This document shows positions 24,855-34,709 of a stretch of DNA of 64,000 nt, in pieces; within the stretch, counting starts at the first letter, position 1; each line of letters opens with the position of its first letter. The notes below the pieces were generated by a model, which was not told the DNA's origin, did not search any database, and saw only the letters and a program-made list of their open reading frames with translations. Origin of the DNA: Candidatus Parcubacteria bacterium (GTDB lineage: Bacteria > Patescibacteriota > Minisyncoccia > Sungbacterales > SURF-37); contig QZJO01000007.1 of the NCBI GenBank assembly GCA_003599755.1, positions 41,221-105,220 of the forward strand. Reading direction: 5' to 3'. Both the position numbers and the translations under genes were made by a program.

Positions 24855-27284
24855 ATGAGTTCTCTTGCCATCTTGGGCTACGGAACCGTACTCGCGGTTG
24901 CGGTCGCGAGCGGCGCGGCATGGTGGGCCGTGCGCCGCGTCCGCTCCCAAGACGAGCTCGCGCGATCGCTCAATCTCGCGCTCCTGCACGTGTCGCTGCC
25001 GCGACCGGATCCGAATGTCCAGCGGTCGGCCGAAGAGTTACGCCAAGATATCGGCCTCATGGAGACGGTATTCTCGGGCCTGAGCAACATCCGCGACTCG
25101 TGGTGGAGCACGCTCTGGCACGGCGCCCCGAATTTCGCGCTCGAGTTGACCGTGCCGCATGTCGGCGAGGAACTGTGGTTTTACGCCGCGGTGCCGCGCC
25201 GATTTGCCGCCGCGGTCGAGAAAATAATCCACGGCGTATATCCGGACGCGCGCATCGAAAAAACGAACGACTATAACATCTTCCATCCGACGGGCGAGAG
25301 CGCCGTGGCGCTCGTCACGCTGGCGCGCTCCACCATCCTGCCGATCCGCACGTACCGCCGCGCCGAGGGCGATCCGTTGCGCGAGGTCGCCAACGCATTC
25401 TCAAAACTCGCGTCCACCGGCGAAGGAGCGGCACTCCAGATTGTTGCGCGCCCCGCGCCGAGCTTCTGGACCGAACGGATCTTGTCGCACGCGAAGCTCG
25501 CATTCGCCGGCAAAGCGCCCATTATCCCGAAATCAGCCCTCGCGGGGGAACTTGCTGCGTTGGCTGGAGCAACGACTCAGAAAAAAGACGGCCAACCCGA
25601 AAAAGAACATCGCCTTTCGCCGCAGGAAGAAGAGGCGATCCGGCTTATCGAGACCAAGGGATCGCGGCCGCTGTTTCTCGCAAACATTCGCATCGTCGCC
25701 GCCGCGCCTACCCAGGAGCGGGCCGACGCCATTGCATCGGACATCAGTGCCGCGTTTCGCCAGTACGCCGAACCCGCGCTCAACGAATTCAGCATCCGAC
25801 CGCAAACCGGATCAAACCGAGCAAAGGCCCTGTATCACTACTCGTTCCGGCTATTCCACCCGCGCTCGGCAATCGTGCTTTCGGCCGAGGAACTTTCGAG
25901 CATCTACCATTTCCCCAATGCGGTGCTCGGTACGCCCAAAGTACGCGCAGTCAGGGCGCGCGAGGCCGCGTTGCCGATGAATCTAGGAACCGCGGGCGTC
26001 ATGCTCGGCACGAATATCTTCCGCGGCGAGACGCGCGATGTCCGCATGGATCCGGACGACCGGCGACGGCATTTGTATATCATCGGCCAGACCGGAACCG
26101 GCAAAACGTCGCTCATGACCGAAATGATCCGCCAGGATGTTCTCGCAGGCCATGGCGTCTGCTTCATCGATCCGCACGGCGAAAGCGTGGAGCGCGTGCT
26201 CGGCTATATACCGCCCGCGCGCCTCGGCGACGTAATCTATTTCAATCCCGCGGACGTCGAGCGGCCGTTCGGCCTGAACCTCCTCGAATATGATCCGCGC
26301 TTCCCCGAGCAAAAAACGTTCGTGGTCAATGAGCTCTTTTCGATTTTTCAGAAACTCTACGGCGCGGTGCCCGAGGCCATGGGCCCGATGTTCGAGCAGT
26401 ATTTCCGGAATGCCACGCTCCTCGTGCTCGACGATCCGGAATCCGGCAATACGCTTTTGGAAGTGGAGCGCGTATTCGTGGATAAAGCATTTCGCGCGCT
26501 GAAGCTCGAGCGTTCGCACAACGTCGTGGTTCAGACCTTCTGGCGCGAAATGGCTGAAAAAGCCGGCGGCGATGCGGCGCTCGCCAACATGGCGCCCTAT
26601 ATCACCTCGAAGTTCGATACGTTCCTCGCCAACGAAATCATGCGGCCGATCATCGCCCAACAGCATTCGGCGTTCGACTTTCGCGCCGTCATGGATAAAA
26701 AACAAATCCTACTCGTAAACCTTTCCAAGGGCCGCCTCGGCGAACTCAATTCTTCACTGATCGGCTTGATCCTCGTCGGCAAGCTTCTCATGGCCGCACT
26801 CGCGCGTACCGACGCGCCCGAATCCGAGCGGCCGGATTTCTATTGCTACCTGGACGAATTCCAAAACGTCACCACGCCCTCGATCGCGACGATTCTTTCC
26901 GAAGCGCGCAAATACCGGCTTAATCTTATCCTGGCGCACCAATTTCTCGGGCAGCTCGATGAAAAGATCAAAACCGCCGTGTTCGGCAACGTGGGGTCGC
27001 TGGCCGCGTTCCGCGTCGGCGCCGAGGACGGCGAATTTCTCGCCACCCAATTCCAGCCGGTGTTTTCGGCGCACGATCTCATCAACACCGATAACCATCA
27101 CGCCTGCGTGAAGTTGTTGGCGCACGGCCAAACCGCCCTTGCCTTCAGCATGCACACCAGTCCGCCGGCCGCGCCGGACCCGGCGCAGGCGGAGGCTGCC
27201 AAGAATTTTTCGCGCGCGACCTATGGCCGACCGAAAGCGGATGTCGAGCAGGAGATACGTGCCCGCTACAATTCCGTGAACTAA
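24855..27284 (+). CDS. VirD4/TraG-family type IV secretion coupling-protein-like ATPase (membrane-anchored)
   Basis: N-terminal TM helix, ~400-aa unique domain, Walker A IIGQTGTGKTSLM, Walker B FYCYLDEFQNV, 809 aa. Confidence 0.5.
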   Translation: MSSLAILGYGTVLAVAVASGAAWWAVRRVRSQDELARSLNLALLHVSLPRPDPNVQRSAEELRQDIGLMETVFSGLSNIRDSWWSTLWHGAPNFALELTVPHVGEELWFYAAVPRRFAAAVEKIIHGVYPDARIEKTNDYNIFHPTGESAVALVTLARSTILPIRTYRRAEGDPLREVANAFSKLASTGEGAALQIVARPAPSFWTERILSHAKLAFAGKAPIIPKSALAGELAALAGATTQKKDGQPEKEHRLSPQEEEAIRLIETKGSRPLFLANIRIVAAAPTQERADAIASDISAAFRQYAEPALNEFSIRPQTGSNRAKALYHYSFRLFHPRSAIVLSAEELSSIYHFPNAVLGTPKVRAVRAREAALPMNLGTAGVMLGTNIFRGETRDVRMDPDDRRRHLYIIGQTGTGKTSLMTEMIRQDVLAGHGVCFIDPHGESVERVLGYIPPARLGDVIYFNPADVERPFGLNLLEYDPRFPEQKTFVVNELFSIFQKLYGAVPEAMGPMFEQYFRNATLLVLDDPESGNTLLEVERVFVDKAFRALKLERSHNVVVQTFWREMAEKAGGDAALANMAPYITSKFDTFLANEIMRPIIAQQHSAFDFRAVMDKKQILLVNLSKGRLGELNSSLIGLILVGKLLMAALARTDAPESERPDFYCYLDEFQNVTTPSIATILSEARKYRLNLILAHQFLGQLDEKIKTAVFGNVGSLAAFRVGAEDGEFLATQFQPVFSAHDLINTDNHHACVKLLAHGQTALAFSMHTSPPAAPDPAQAEAAKNFSRATYGRPKADVEQEIRARYNSVN

Positions 27285-27303
27285 TTCTTATCTCCGCGAA
27301 TCG

Positions 27304-27339
27304 AAAACCGAGCGCGTACCACGCGCTCGGTTTTGTTTT
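27304..27339. terminator. bidirectional rho-independent terminator
   Basis: aaaaccgagcgcg-tacca-cgcgctcggttttgtttt. Confidence 0.65.
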
Positions 27340-27353
27340 ATGCACACACTCTC

Positions 27354-28454
27354 CTAAAACGGATTTCTTGCGCCGCGGATTTCGAAATGCACATGGCAGC
27401 CGGTGGAATTGCCCGTGGTACCGATCGTGCCGATCTGTTGCCCCTGTTCCACGCCCGCACCCGCGGTCACAAGTACGTCGGTAAGGTGCGCGTACAGGGT
27501 TTGGGTGCCATTGGAATGTTTCAGCACGATGTAGCGGCCGTATCCGCCGTTCCAACCGGAACTGCGCGCGAGCACCACGCTGCCGCCGGCCGATGCAACC
27601 ACCGGCAGGCCGCAGGCATTGGCCAGATCAACGCCGTTGTAGCCGTGCACGCCGCGCGTGCGCCGACCGCCGGCAATCGGCCGGATGTAGTAGCCCTGGT
27701 ATGCGGGCAGTCCCGATGCCACCGCACTGCCGCTGGACGCCACCGGGGCGGGCAATTCGCCGTCTGGAACAATAATGATGCCGCCGAGCGCCAGCGCGGC
27801 GTCCGCATCCAAACCGTTGAAATTCTGAATATCGTCCTGATCGGCCTTATACTGTTTTGCGATGCTGGCAAGCGTGTCACCTTTCTTTACTTCGTGGCGG
27901 ATGCCGGTCACCGGCAGGATGACGATCTCGGATCCGACCTTCAGGGACCGGGCATTGGCAAGATTATTTGCCCACAGAATGGTATTGACCGATACGCCGA
28001 AACTCTCGGCGATCGTGCTGATCGTATCGCCGGGTCGCACGGTGTAGACGAAAATCAGCCCGCCGCCGCCCGTACCCTCGGCAATCCACCCTTGGGGATT
28101 CAGCGGCGCGGCAAGCGCGTCGTTCGCCTGAATAAGCGCCAGCCCGGTCGAAGCGCCCAGCTGAGCCGCCGGTTCGGCTTGTAGAACGGGTACGCCCGCG
28201 GCCTGGGTACGCGGCACGGCCACCGGCATTTTTTCCTCGATTTCAGCATTACCAACACCCGCAAAAAGCCGGAAAATCAGATCCAAAATACCCGCCTGAG
28301 CCTGGGCGGGTTGCGCGACGAGAAGAAGGAAAATGCCGGAAACAAGAACTATTTTGATGGTTTGGCCATCAAAAACGAAACGCTTCTTCGAAAAAAGAAG
28401 CGAACTCGGGAATTGCGGTTTTATTATTTCACCACGCGATTGGAAATACGGCAA
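27354..28454 (-). CDS. LysM-domain M23 family peptidoglycan endopeptidase
   Basis: Two LysM repeats (GDTLASIAKQY.., GDTISTIAESFGVSVNTILWANNL) and M23 HxH region (GCHVHFEIR); signal peptide; exact start uncertain. Confidence 0.75.
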   Translation of the reverse strand: MPYFQSRGEIIKPQFPSSLLFSKKRFVFDGQTIKIVLVSGIFLLLVAQPAQAQAGILDLIFRLFAGVGNAEIEEKMPVAVPRTQAAGVPVLQAEPAAQLGASTGLALIQANDALAAPLNPQGWIAEGTGGGGLIFVYTVRPGDTISTIAESFGVSVNTILWANNLANARSLKVGSEIVILPVTGIRHEVKKGDTLASIAKQYKADQDDIQNFNGLDADAALALGGIIIVPDGELPAPVASSGSAVASGLPAYQGYYIRPIAGGRRTRGVHGYNGVDLANACGLPVVASAGGSVVLARSSGWNGGYGRYIVLKHSNGTQTLYAHLTDVLVTAGAGVEQGQQIGTIGTTGNSTGCHVHFEIRGARNPF

Positions 28455-28699
28455 TATCGCGCGGCCGAAATTGAAGATTGTACGAATAGAAGAATCTCCT
28501 TGAAGATTGCTGCCGTACGGGAAAAAACCAGGAAATACGGGGTTTTCTTATACGGACCGTGGGCTTCTCGGACAGCCGCTAGTATAGCGCCCGAGAAGCC
28601 GGGGAACCAGGCCGGCTATCCACGACCCGTCCCCATGACCCGCGGCCCATCCGCGTATCGGGGCCGCCCGGTTTTTGCTACGATACTGCTGCCACTCCC

Positions 28700-30655
28700 A
28701 TGCCCACCGCCTCCGAAACCATTCTTGCGGGATTAAACGACCGGCAGCGAGAAGCCGTCCTCACCACCGAGGGGCCGGTACTCGTCATCGCTGGGCCGGG
28801 CTCCGGCAAAACCCGCGCCCTGACCCATCGCATCGCGTACCTCATCGCCGCGGGCCGCCATCCGGCCGGCATTCTTGCCGTAACCTTTACCAACCGCGCG
28901 GCAGGCGAAATGCGCGAGCGCGTACGCGAGCTCGTCGACGGGAATGGCGCTGGGGGGCGGCGAGGCGGTACGGATGCAATGCCATGGATCGGAACATTTC
29001 ATGCCTTTGCCGCGCATCTCTTACGCCAGGAAGCCGCACGCGTCGGCTTTAAGCCGAACTTCACGATATATGACGAGAGTGATTCGGCCGCGCTGCTTCG
29101 CGAAGTCATGAAGGAAGAGGCGATCAACACCGAGCGCTATCCGCCGCCCATGATCGCGGGCGCCATTTCACGATTGAAAGGGGACCTGGTCGCGCCGGCC
29201 GAGTACGAAGGGCGCGACAGCGGCGAACCGTTCGAGCGCACGCTTGCGAAAATGTACGACGCGTACCAACAGCGCCTCAGGTTCGCGAATGCCATGGATT
29301 TCGATGACCTCGTATTCCATACCGTGCGCTTGCTCAGAAGCGACGCGGCCGCGCGCCAGCGCTGGCAGCGGCGGTTCCAATACGTCCATATCGATGAATA
29401 CCAGGACACCTCACCGAGCCAATATGAACTCATCCGGCTGCTCGCGGCCGAACATCGCAATGTTTTTGCCATCGGCGACGATGCGCAGTCCATCTACAGC
29501 TGGCGCCAGGCCGATTTCCGAAACATCTTGAATTTCGAACGCGATTGGCCCGAGGCGACGGTCGTGCTGCTTGAAGAAAACTACCGCTCCACGCCCGAGA
29601 TCCTGACCGCGGCCAATCATCTGATCAAAGAAAACGTCGAGCAGCGGCCGAAAACCCTCTGGACCAACAACCCGTCCGGTTCGGTGCCGCTCGTACACGC
29701 CGAGGCGCACGAACGGGCAGAGGCCGCGTTCGTCGGCGACGAAATTCTCTCGAGCCGCGCCGAAGGAAGACACTGGAGCGATGTCGCAGTGCTGTACCGT
29801 ACCAATGCCCAATCCCGCGCGCTCGAAGAGGCGCTACTCGAGCGCGACATACCGTATGTCATCATCGGCGGCGTGCGCTTTTTCGAGCGGCGCGAAGTCA
29901 AAGACCTTGCCGCCTGGCTCCGGTTTCTTTCGAATCCCGATGACTCCATCGCCCTCAAACGCATCATCAACGTGCCCGCGCGCGGCATCGGTCCCAAAAC
30001 CCTGCTCGCGTACCTCTCGGGTGACGCCGCGTCGCTCGGTGAGCGGGAACGCGCGCGCATTACCGCGTTCGAGCGGACAGTCGCGAAGCTCCGCGATGCG
30101 CTCGCGTCCCAAACGCTTGCCGAATTTTTGCGCTTCTTGATCAAGGAGACGAATTACGAAGCGTATCTCGAAGAAGTATCGCGCGACGCCGAGGCGCGTA
30201 TTGAAAACGTTCGCGAATTCGTGACGCTCGCGCGCCGCTACGATGCGTTGCCGATCACCGAGGCCGTCACGAAACTCACCGAAGAGATCGCGCTCGCCTC
30301 GGAACAAGACGAGCTCCGCACGGGCGAAGAGCGCGTGCGCCTCATGACCGTGCACGCGGCCAAGGGCTTGGAATTTCCCGTGGTGTTCCTAACCGGCCTC
30401 GAAGAAGGAATTCTGCCGCATGCCCGATCGCTGACCGGCGGACGGGCGGAGCTGGAGGAAGAACGGCGACTCGCGTATGTGGGCATGACGCGCGCGAAAG
30501 AGCGGCTCTATTTGACTTGGGCGGTCGAACGGATGCTCTTTGGCGAGCGGCAAGCGAATTTGCCGTCGCGGTTTTTACGCGAACTGCCACCCGAAGTCAC
30601 AGCGCGCGCCGTATTGCGCGACGAAGAATTGGAAGAAATTTACCTCGATGAATAG
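28700..30655 (+). CDS. uvrD: UvrD/PcrA-type ATP-dependent DNA helicase
   Basis: LNDRQREAVL..VIAGPGSGKTRALTHRIAYLI (motifs Q, I); later helicase motifs; 651 aa. Confidence 0.9.
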   Translation: MPTASETILAGLNDRQREAVLTTEGPVLVIAGPGSGKTRALTHRIAYLIAAGRHPAGILAVTFTNRAAGEMRERVRELVDGNGAGGRRGGTDAMPWIGTFHAFAAHLLRQEAARVGFKPNFTIYDESDSAALLREVMKEEAINTERYPPPMIAGAISRLKGDLVAPAEYEGRDSGEPFERTLAKMYDAYQQRLRFANAMDFDDLVFHTVRLLRSDAAARQRWQRRFQYVHIDEYQDTSPSQYELIRLLAAEHRNVFAIGDDAQSIYSWRQADFRNILNFERDWPEATVVLLEENYRSTPEILTAANHLIKENVEQRPKTLWTNNPSGSVPLVHAEAHERAEAAFVGDEILSSRAEGRHWSDVAVLYRTNAQSRALEEALLERDIPYVIIGGVRFFERREVKDLAAWLRFLSNPDDSIALKRIINVPARGIGPKTLLAYLSGDAASLGERERARITAFERTVAKLRDALASQTLAEFLRFLIKETNYEAYLEEVSRDAEARIENVREFVTLARRYDALPITEAVTKLTEEIALASEQDELRTGEERVRLMTVHAAKGLEFPVVFLTGLEEGILPHARSLTGGRAELEEERRLAYVGMTRAKERLYLTWAVERMLFGERQANLPSRFLRELPPEVTARAVLRDEELEEIYLDE

Positions 30656-31472
30656 ATCCCGCCTCCCACGCCACTCTGCCGCGCCCCGCACGCCCCGCCT
30701 TGGCCAGCATTTTTTGGCCTCGCCCGCGGCGCTGGCGATGATTCTCAAAGCTGCGGGCCGCGACTCGCAAGGAACGGTGTTGGAAATCGGACCGGGCCGC
30801 GGCGTATTGACGCTGCCATTGGCCGAGCGCTTCGGCGCGGTGATTGCCGTAGAAAAAGACGAACGGCTCGCCGCGACCCTCGATGCAATACTCAAAGAAC
30901 GAAAGATCGCCAATGTCCGTTTGCATGCCGGCGACATCCTTGATCTTTTTCCCAAGCAACTTAACCTTCCGGATCACTATGCGGTAGTCGCGAACATCCC
31001 GTACTATCTGACCGGACGGTTACTGCGCGTGCTCCTCGAATCGCCTGCGCGCCCCAAGCGCATGGTGCTTTTGGTGCAGCGCGAAGTCGCCGAACGCATG
31101 GTCGCCAAACCGCCGCACATGAATCTTCTGGCATTATCCGTGCAGGCCTACGGCAGTCCACATATCGTGGCAGAAATACCCTCGACCGCATTTTCTCCGC
31201 CGCCGAGTGTAGCATCGGCAATTATCGAAGTACGGGAAATCTCGAACGACTTTTTTACGCATCAGGCCGTCCCGCCAGAGAAGTTTTTCTCGCTTCTCCG
31301 AGCGGCTTTTTCCGGCAAGCGAAAAATGCTCATCAACTCGCTTGCAAAACCTCTCGGCGGTAAAGATCGCGCGCGGGCGCTCCTCGGGGAATCGAAGCTC
31401 GCCGCAAACAAGCGCCCGGAAGAACTCTCGCTAAACGACTGGATCACGCTCGCAAGAATCGCATCCCATTGA
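30648..31472 (+). CDS. rsmA: 16S rRNA (adenine1518/1519-N6)-dimethyltransferase
   Basis: ..LGQHFLASPAALAMILKAAG..VLEIGPGRGVLT..ANIPYYLTG; ATG overlaps the last codons of uvrD. Confidence 0.85.
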   Translation: MNRSRLPRHSAAPRTPRLGQHFLASPAALAMILKAAGRDSQGTVLEIGPGRGVLTLPLAERFGAVIAVEKDERLAATLDAILKERKIANVRLHAGDILDLFPKQLNLPDHYAVVANIPYYLTGRLLRVLLESPARPKRMVLLVQREVAERMVAKPPHMNLLALSVQAYGSPHIVAEIPSTAFSPPPSVASAIIEVREISNDFFTHQAVPPEKFFSLLRAAFSGKRKMLINSLAKPLGGKDRARALLGESKLAANKRPEELSLNDWITLARIASH

Positions 31473-32696
31473 CTACCCGCAGCCGCAGATGCCGACGGGA
31501 TCCCAAATCAACGGCCGCGAACCTTCTCCGCAGAGCTCGAAGCAGCCAATAGGGACGCCGCAGATGCGGCCAAAACAACACGGTGTAGGAAAATTGGCAC
31601 CTACTGGGCCGCCGGCGCCCTCGACAAAACAAATCGCCGGCCTAATACAGTATGTCGGACCGCACGCCGCGTTTGCCACGCCGACCATAAAAAAATCCCC
31701 GATCAATCTGAATCCAGCGATCAAATGCCGTGAAAGTACGAGGCGGTTATCGGACGGCGCTTGCGAACTCGATTGGCCGCGGAGGATTGCATCAAGATCA
31801 TACCCTTGCAGCCGCAAGACCTCTCTGAATTCATCGAGGGCCTCTTCGGGCGTGACCGCATGATGGGAATCATTGGAGAATACACCCTCCTGAATGGCCT
31901 TGATGGTCTGCGCTTCGCGAAGCTTGAACTCGTACGAAGCAGAAAATACCTGGTCGGCAGCCTCCCGGGAAATTTCATACGCCTGGGTATCAACGGCACC
32001 CTGATCGCGCAGATATCGGAGCAGCGTATCGCTCGCTGTCTTGACCTCCGCTTCCGTGTGAAGGGGCAAGACATCATTTGGCGCGATGACGCCCTCGCTT
32101 ACCAAGGAACCCTGCGCCGCGCGGAGCGCGTCCAAGTACACAACCGGATAAAGGAGCTCGAAAATTTCTCGATCGGTCAGCGGCGCAGACCCGTCGGCTG
32201 GCCCCGGCGCCAAGAGTATGCCATCCGTATTGCGCGGACCGGTGAACACCGGGGTTTCGGGTATCGACACGCCGAGCGCAAGCGCGCGCTGTTGGACTGA
32301 AAAGAAATCGAACTGCCCGATAATCGGCTGCTGCGAAAGCGGGGAAGTGACCGATCCCTGCGATGAGGGCGGCGCGGCAATCGGCACGGGAATAACGGGC
32401 AAATCGGGCAAAACCGGGGAATCTTCGAGCGAAATTGATCCGGCCGCGAGGGGCGCAAGCTCTCCGGGTAGCCGGGGAGCTTGGATATTTGGGTCATTCA
32501 TGCCCCGCAGCCGGGACTCTGAGACTGCTTGCAGAGGCAATGCGCCGGTTGCGGCCGGCGGAGTGGGACTCTCGTCAGACCTTCCGGAAAAATATACGAC
32601 AAAAAACCCGATGATGGCGCCCGCCAACAGGATGATAGCTACCGCGATGAGCGTTCCCGGACCAATGCGTGACCTCACATCGGTATGGTTGCACAC
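31473..32696 (-). CDS. membrane-anchored secreted protein with a C-terminal 12-Cys domain
   Basis: N-terminal TM helix; Pro-rich linker; C-terminal ~60 aa CGPTYCIRPAICFVEGAGGPVGANFPTPCCFGRICGVPIGCFELCGEGSRPLIWDPVGICGCG. Confidence 0.45.
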   Translation of the reverse strand: MCNHTDVRSRIGPGTLIAVAIILLAGAIIGFFVVYFSGRSDESPTPPAATGALPLQAVSESRLRGMNDPNIQAPRLPGELAPLAAGSISLEDSPVLPDLPVIPVPIAAPPSSQGSVTSPLSQQPIIGQFDFFSVQQRALALGVSIPETPVFTGPRNTDGILLAPGPADGSAPLTDREIFELLYPVVYLDALRAAQGSLVSEGVIAPNDVLPLHTEAEVKTASDTLLRYLRDQGAVDTQAYEISREAADQVFSASYEFKLREAQTIKAIQEGVFSNDSHHAVTPEEALDEFREVLRLQGYDLDAILRGQSSSQAPSDNRLVLSRHLIAGFRLIGDFFMVGVANAACGPTYCIRPAICFVEGAGGPVGANFPTPCCFGRICGVPIGCFELCGEGSRPLIWDPVGICGCG

Positions 32697-32768
32697 TCCG
32701 CACGCCAGCGGACCGCTCGGTTATCCACAGTACGCTCGGAAAAATGCGCAAAATGCTATAATTCGTCT

Positions 32769-33791
32769 ATGGAAATTCCGACGCACCGACGCCGGAAAAC
32801 GTCTGCATGGCGACAGGCGACATTATTCGTGATCGTGCCGCTTCTGGCGGCCGCATCGTTCTTCGGCGTTCGCGCGGCGTTCGGCACGGACGACGAACGC
32901 TATGGATCCAGCCCGCAATCGCTGGCATCGGCGCTCTCCGCAGCAACTCGAAATCCTGCAGCGAATCAGGACAGCGATCAAGACGGCCTTCTGGACTGGC
33001 AAGAAACCGTATATCGGACTGATCCGCAGAATCCCGATACTGATGGCGACGGAACTCTTGACGGCGCGGAAATAAAGGAAGGCCGTGATCCGCTAAAGCC
33101 AGGACCGGATGATCCATTGGAATTCGCGGCAATAAACGCTTCCGGCGGCGCGCCGCCCGACGGAGCAGGCCCGAATCTCACTACGGCATTTTTGTCGCAA
33201 ATAGTTGGCGGTTTTTCAGGAGAGATCGACTCGAACGGTGTGCTTAACGCCGAACAATCGGAGGTCTTGCTATCGGCAGCCGAGACGCTGGATTCGAAGA
33301 GCGCCCTCGGCATCCCGCAAGCGAGCCGCGGCGAACTGACCCTGACCACCACCGGCGACCCCACGGTTGTTAAGCAATACTTCAACGGCATCGGGACCAT
33401 CTACGCGACCACGTTCCCGTCGTTTTCGCGCAATACCATCGGTATGCTCGAACCGTCGCCCAAAACCGCGTCCGGCGCCGATGCTACGAGTCCGGAAGGC
33501 GTCATCCAAATACTCGACGAGGCAATCCGCGCTGTCAGAGCGCTGCCCGCGCCACAGGCGTTCGGCGATTTTGCAGTTTCGGAACTGAACTATCTTCTCG
33601 CGCTCAAGCGTATTTCCGAAATATTGAAAGACGCCAAAAACGATCCGCTTGCCGGCATTGTCGCGGTAGGAGAATTGCAGGCCCAGACCCAACGGATCGA
33701 AACCGCACGCCGAGAAATGCTAGCCAAACTCCAATCCCAGTCCATTACTTTTGGGGTTGATGAACCTGCCCATGCGTTTTTGAATCCATGA
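32769..33791 (+). CDS. secreted protein with thrombospondin-type-3-like Ca-binding repeats
   Basis: Signal anchor, then DSDQDGLLDWQE / DPQNPDTDGDGTLDGAE DxDxDG repeats; start set at MEIPTHRRRK. Confidence 0.45.
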   Translation: MEIPTHRRRKTSAWRQATLFVIVPLLAAASFFGVRAAFGTDDERYGSSPQSLASALSAATRNPAANQDSDQDGLLDWQETVYRTDPQNPDTDGDGTLDGAEIKEGRDPLKPGPDDPLEFAAINASGGAPPDGAGPNLTTAFLSQIVGGFSGEIDSNGVLNAEQSEVLLSAAETLDSKSALGIPQASRGELTLTTTGDPTVVKQYFNGIGTIYATTFPSFSRNTIGMLEPSPKTASGADATSPEGVIQILDEAIRAVRALPAPQAFGDFAVSELNYLLALKRISEILKDAKNDPLAGIVAVGELQAQTQRIETARREMLAKLQSQSITFGVDEPAHAFLNP

Positions 33792-34678
33792 GCGCCATAC
33801 CTTGGACGAAAATCCAATCAAGCGTCGCGATTCTCCTCATTATCGTGGTGGTCGGTGGAATGATCGTCGTGCCGCCCAAAAAGGCGGAGGCCGTCGTCCC
33901 GACCAACGTTGATTTCAGCCCCAAGGCGATTGCCGAATGGATCCTACAGACCGCCACGGCGATAAAAAACCTCGCCGAAAACGTTCTCCAAACTGGTTTC
34001 CTGAATAGCCTGGTTGTGAAAGAGTACGCGCTGGATCCCGCTGCGTGGCTTATGAAGCTCGTGATCCAGCAGCTGCGCGACATGGCGATTCAATGGATTT
34101 TGACGGGTAACTTCGGCGGCCCGACGTTTTCTCAAGGTATTTTAATCGATCTTCGCAACGCCGTTACTGAGGCGTCCAAAATTTTTGTTTCCAATTTAAC
34201 CGGTATCAACTTCTGTGACGGCTATCCCCCAATTCCCCCCAACGCTTTCTTCAGCTTGGATCTCTCACTGCGCCTTCAATGCTCATTCACCGGAGGGGGC
34301 GCACTTGCGGACTTCAGGAATGGAACTGCGTTCAGTTGGGAAATGGTCGCCAGCGCCCAGGAATCGGCCAATGATCCGTTCAATGCATACGTCGATGCGC
34401 TTTCGGAGAAAATGCGAATGGAAGCCGAAGTGCTTGGCGCGGTTACGCAAGAGCACCTTGCGGGTGGCGGGTTTTACGGCATCCGCGGCGAAGACGGAAA
34501 AATCAAAACCCCGGGCCGCCACATCGCCGATTTTCTCCAAGAAGACATCAACTCAATGTTCCGAGAATTCGACAATGCCGACGAGCTCTCCGAAGTGTTT
34601 GCGGGGGCGATCACATCGATCGTGGATACGTTCGCCTGGAAAATCATCAATGACGGCCTTACTGCCGCGAGCAACTAG
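33788..34678 (+). CDS. hypothetical secreted or membrane-anchored protein
   Basis: ATGA overlap with the previous gene; N-terminal TM helix; no family recognised. Confidence 0.4.
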   Translation: MSAIPWTKIQSSVAILLIIVVVGGMIVVPPKKAEAVVPTNVDFSPKAIAEWILQTATAIKNLAENVLQTGFLNSLVVKEYALDPAAWLMKLVIQQLRDMAIQWILTGNFGGPTFSQGILIDLRNAVTEASKIFVSNLTGINFCDGYPPIPPNAFFSLDLSLRLQCSFTGGGALADFRNGTAFSWEMVASAQESANDPFNAYVDALSEKMRMEAEVLGAVTQEHLAGGGFYGIRGEDGKIKTPGRHIADFLQEDINSMFREFDNADELSEVFAGAITSIVDTFAWKIINDGLTAASN

Positions 34679-34709
34679 CAATTCCATCTACTAATGGACG
34701 TCATCTAGC

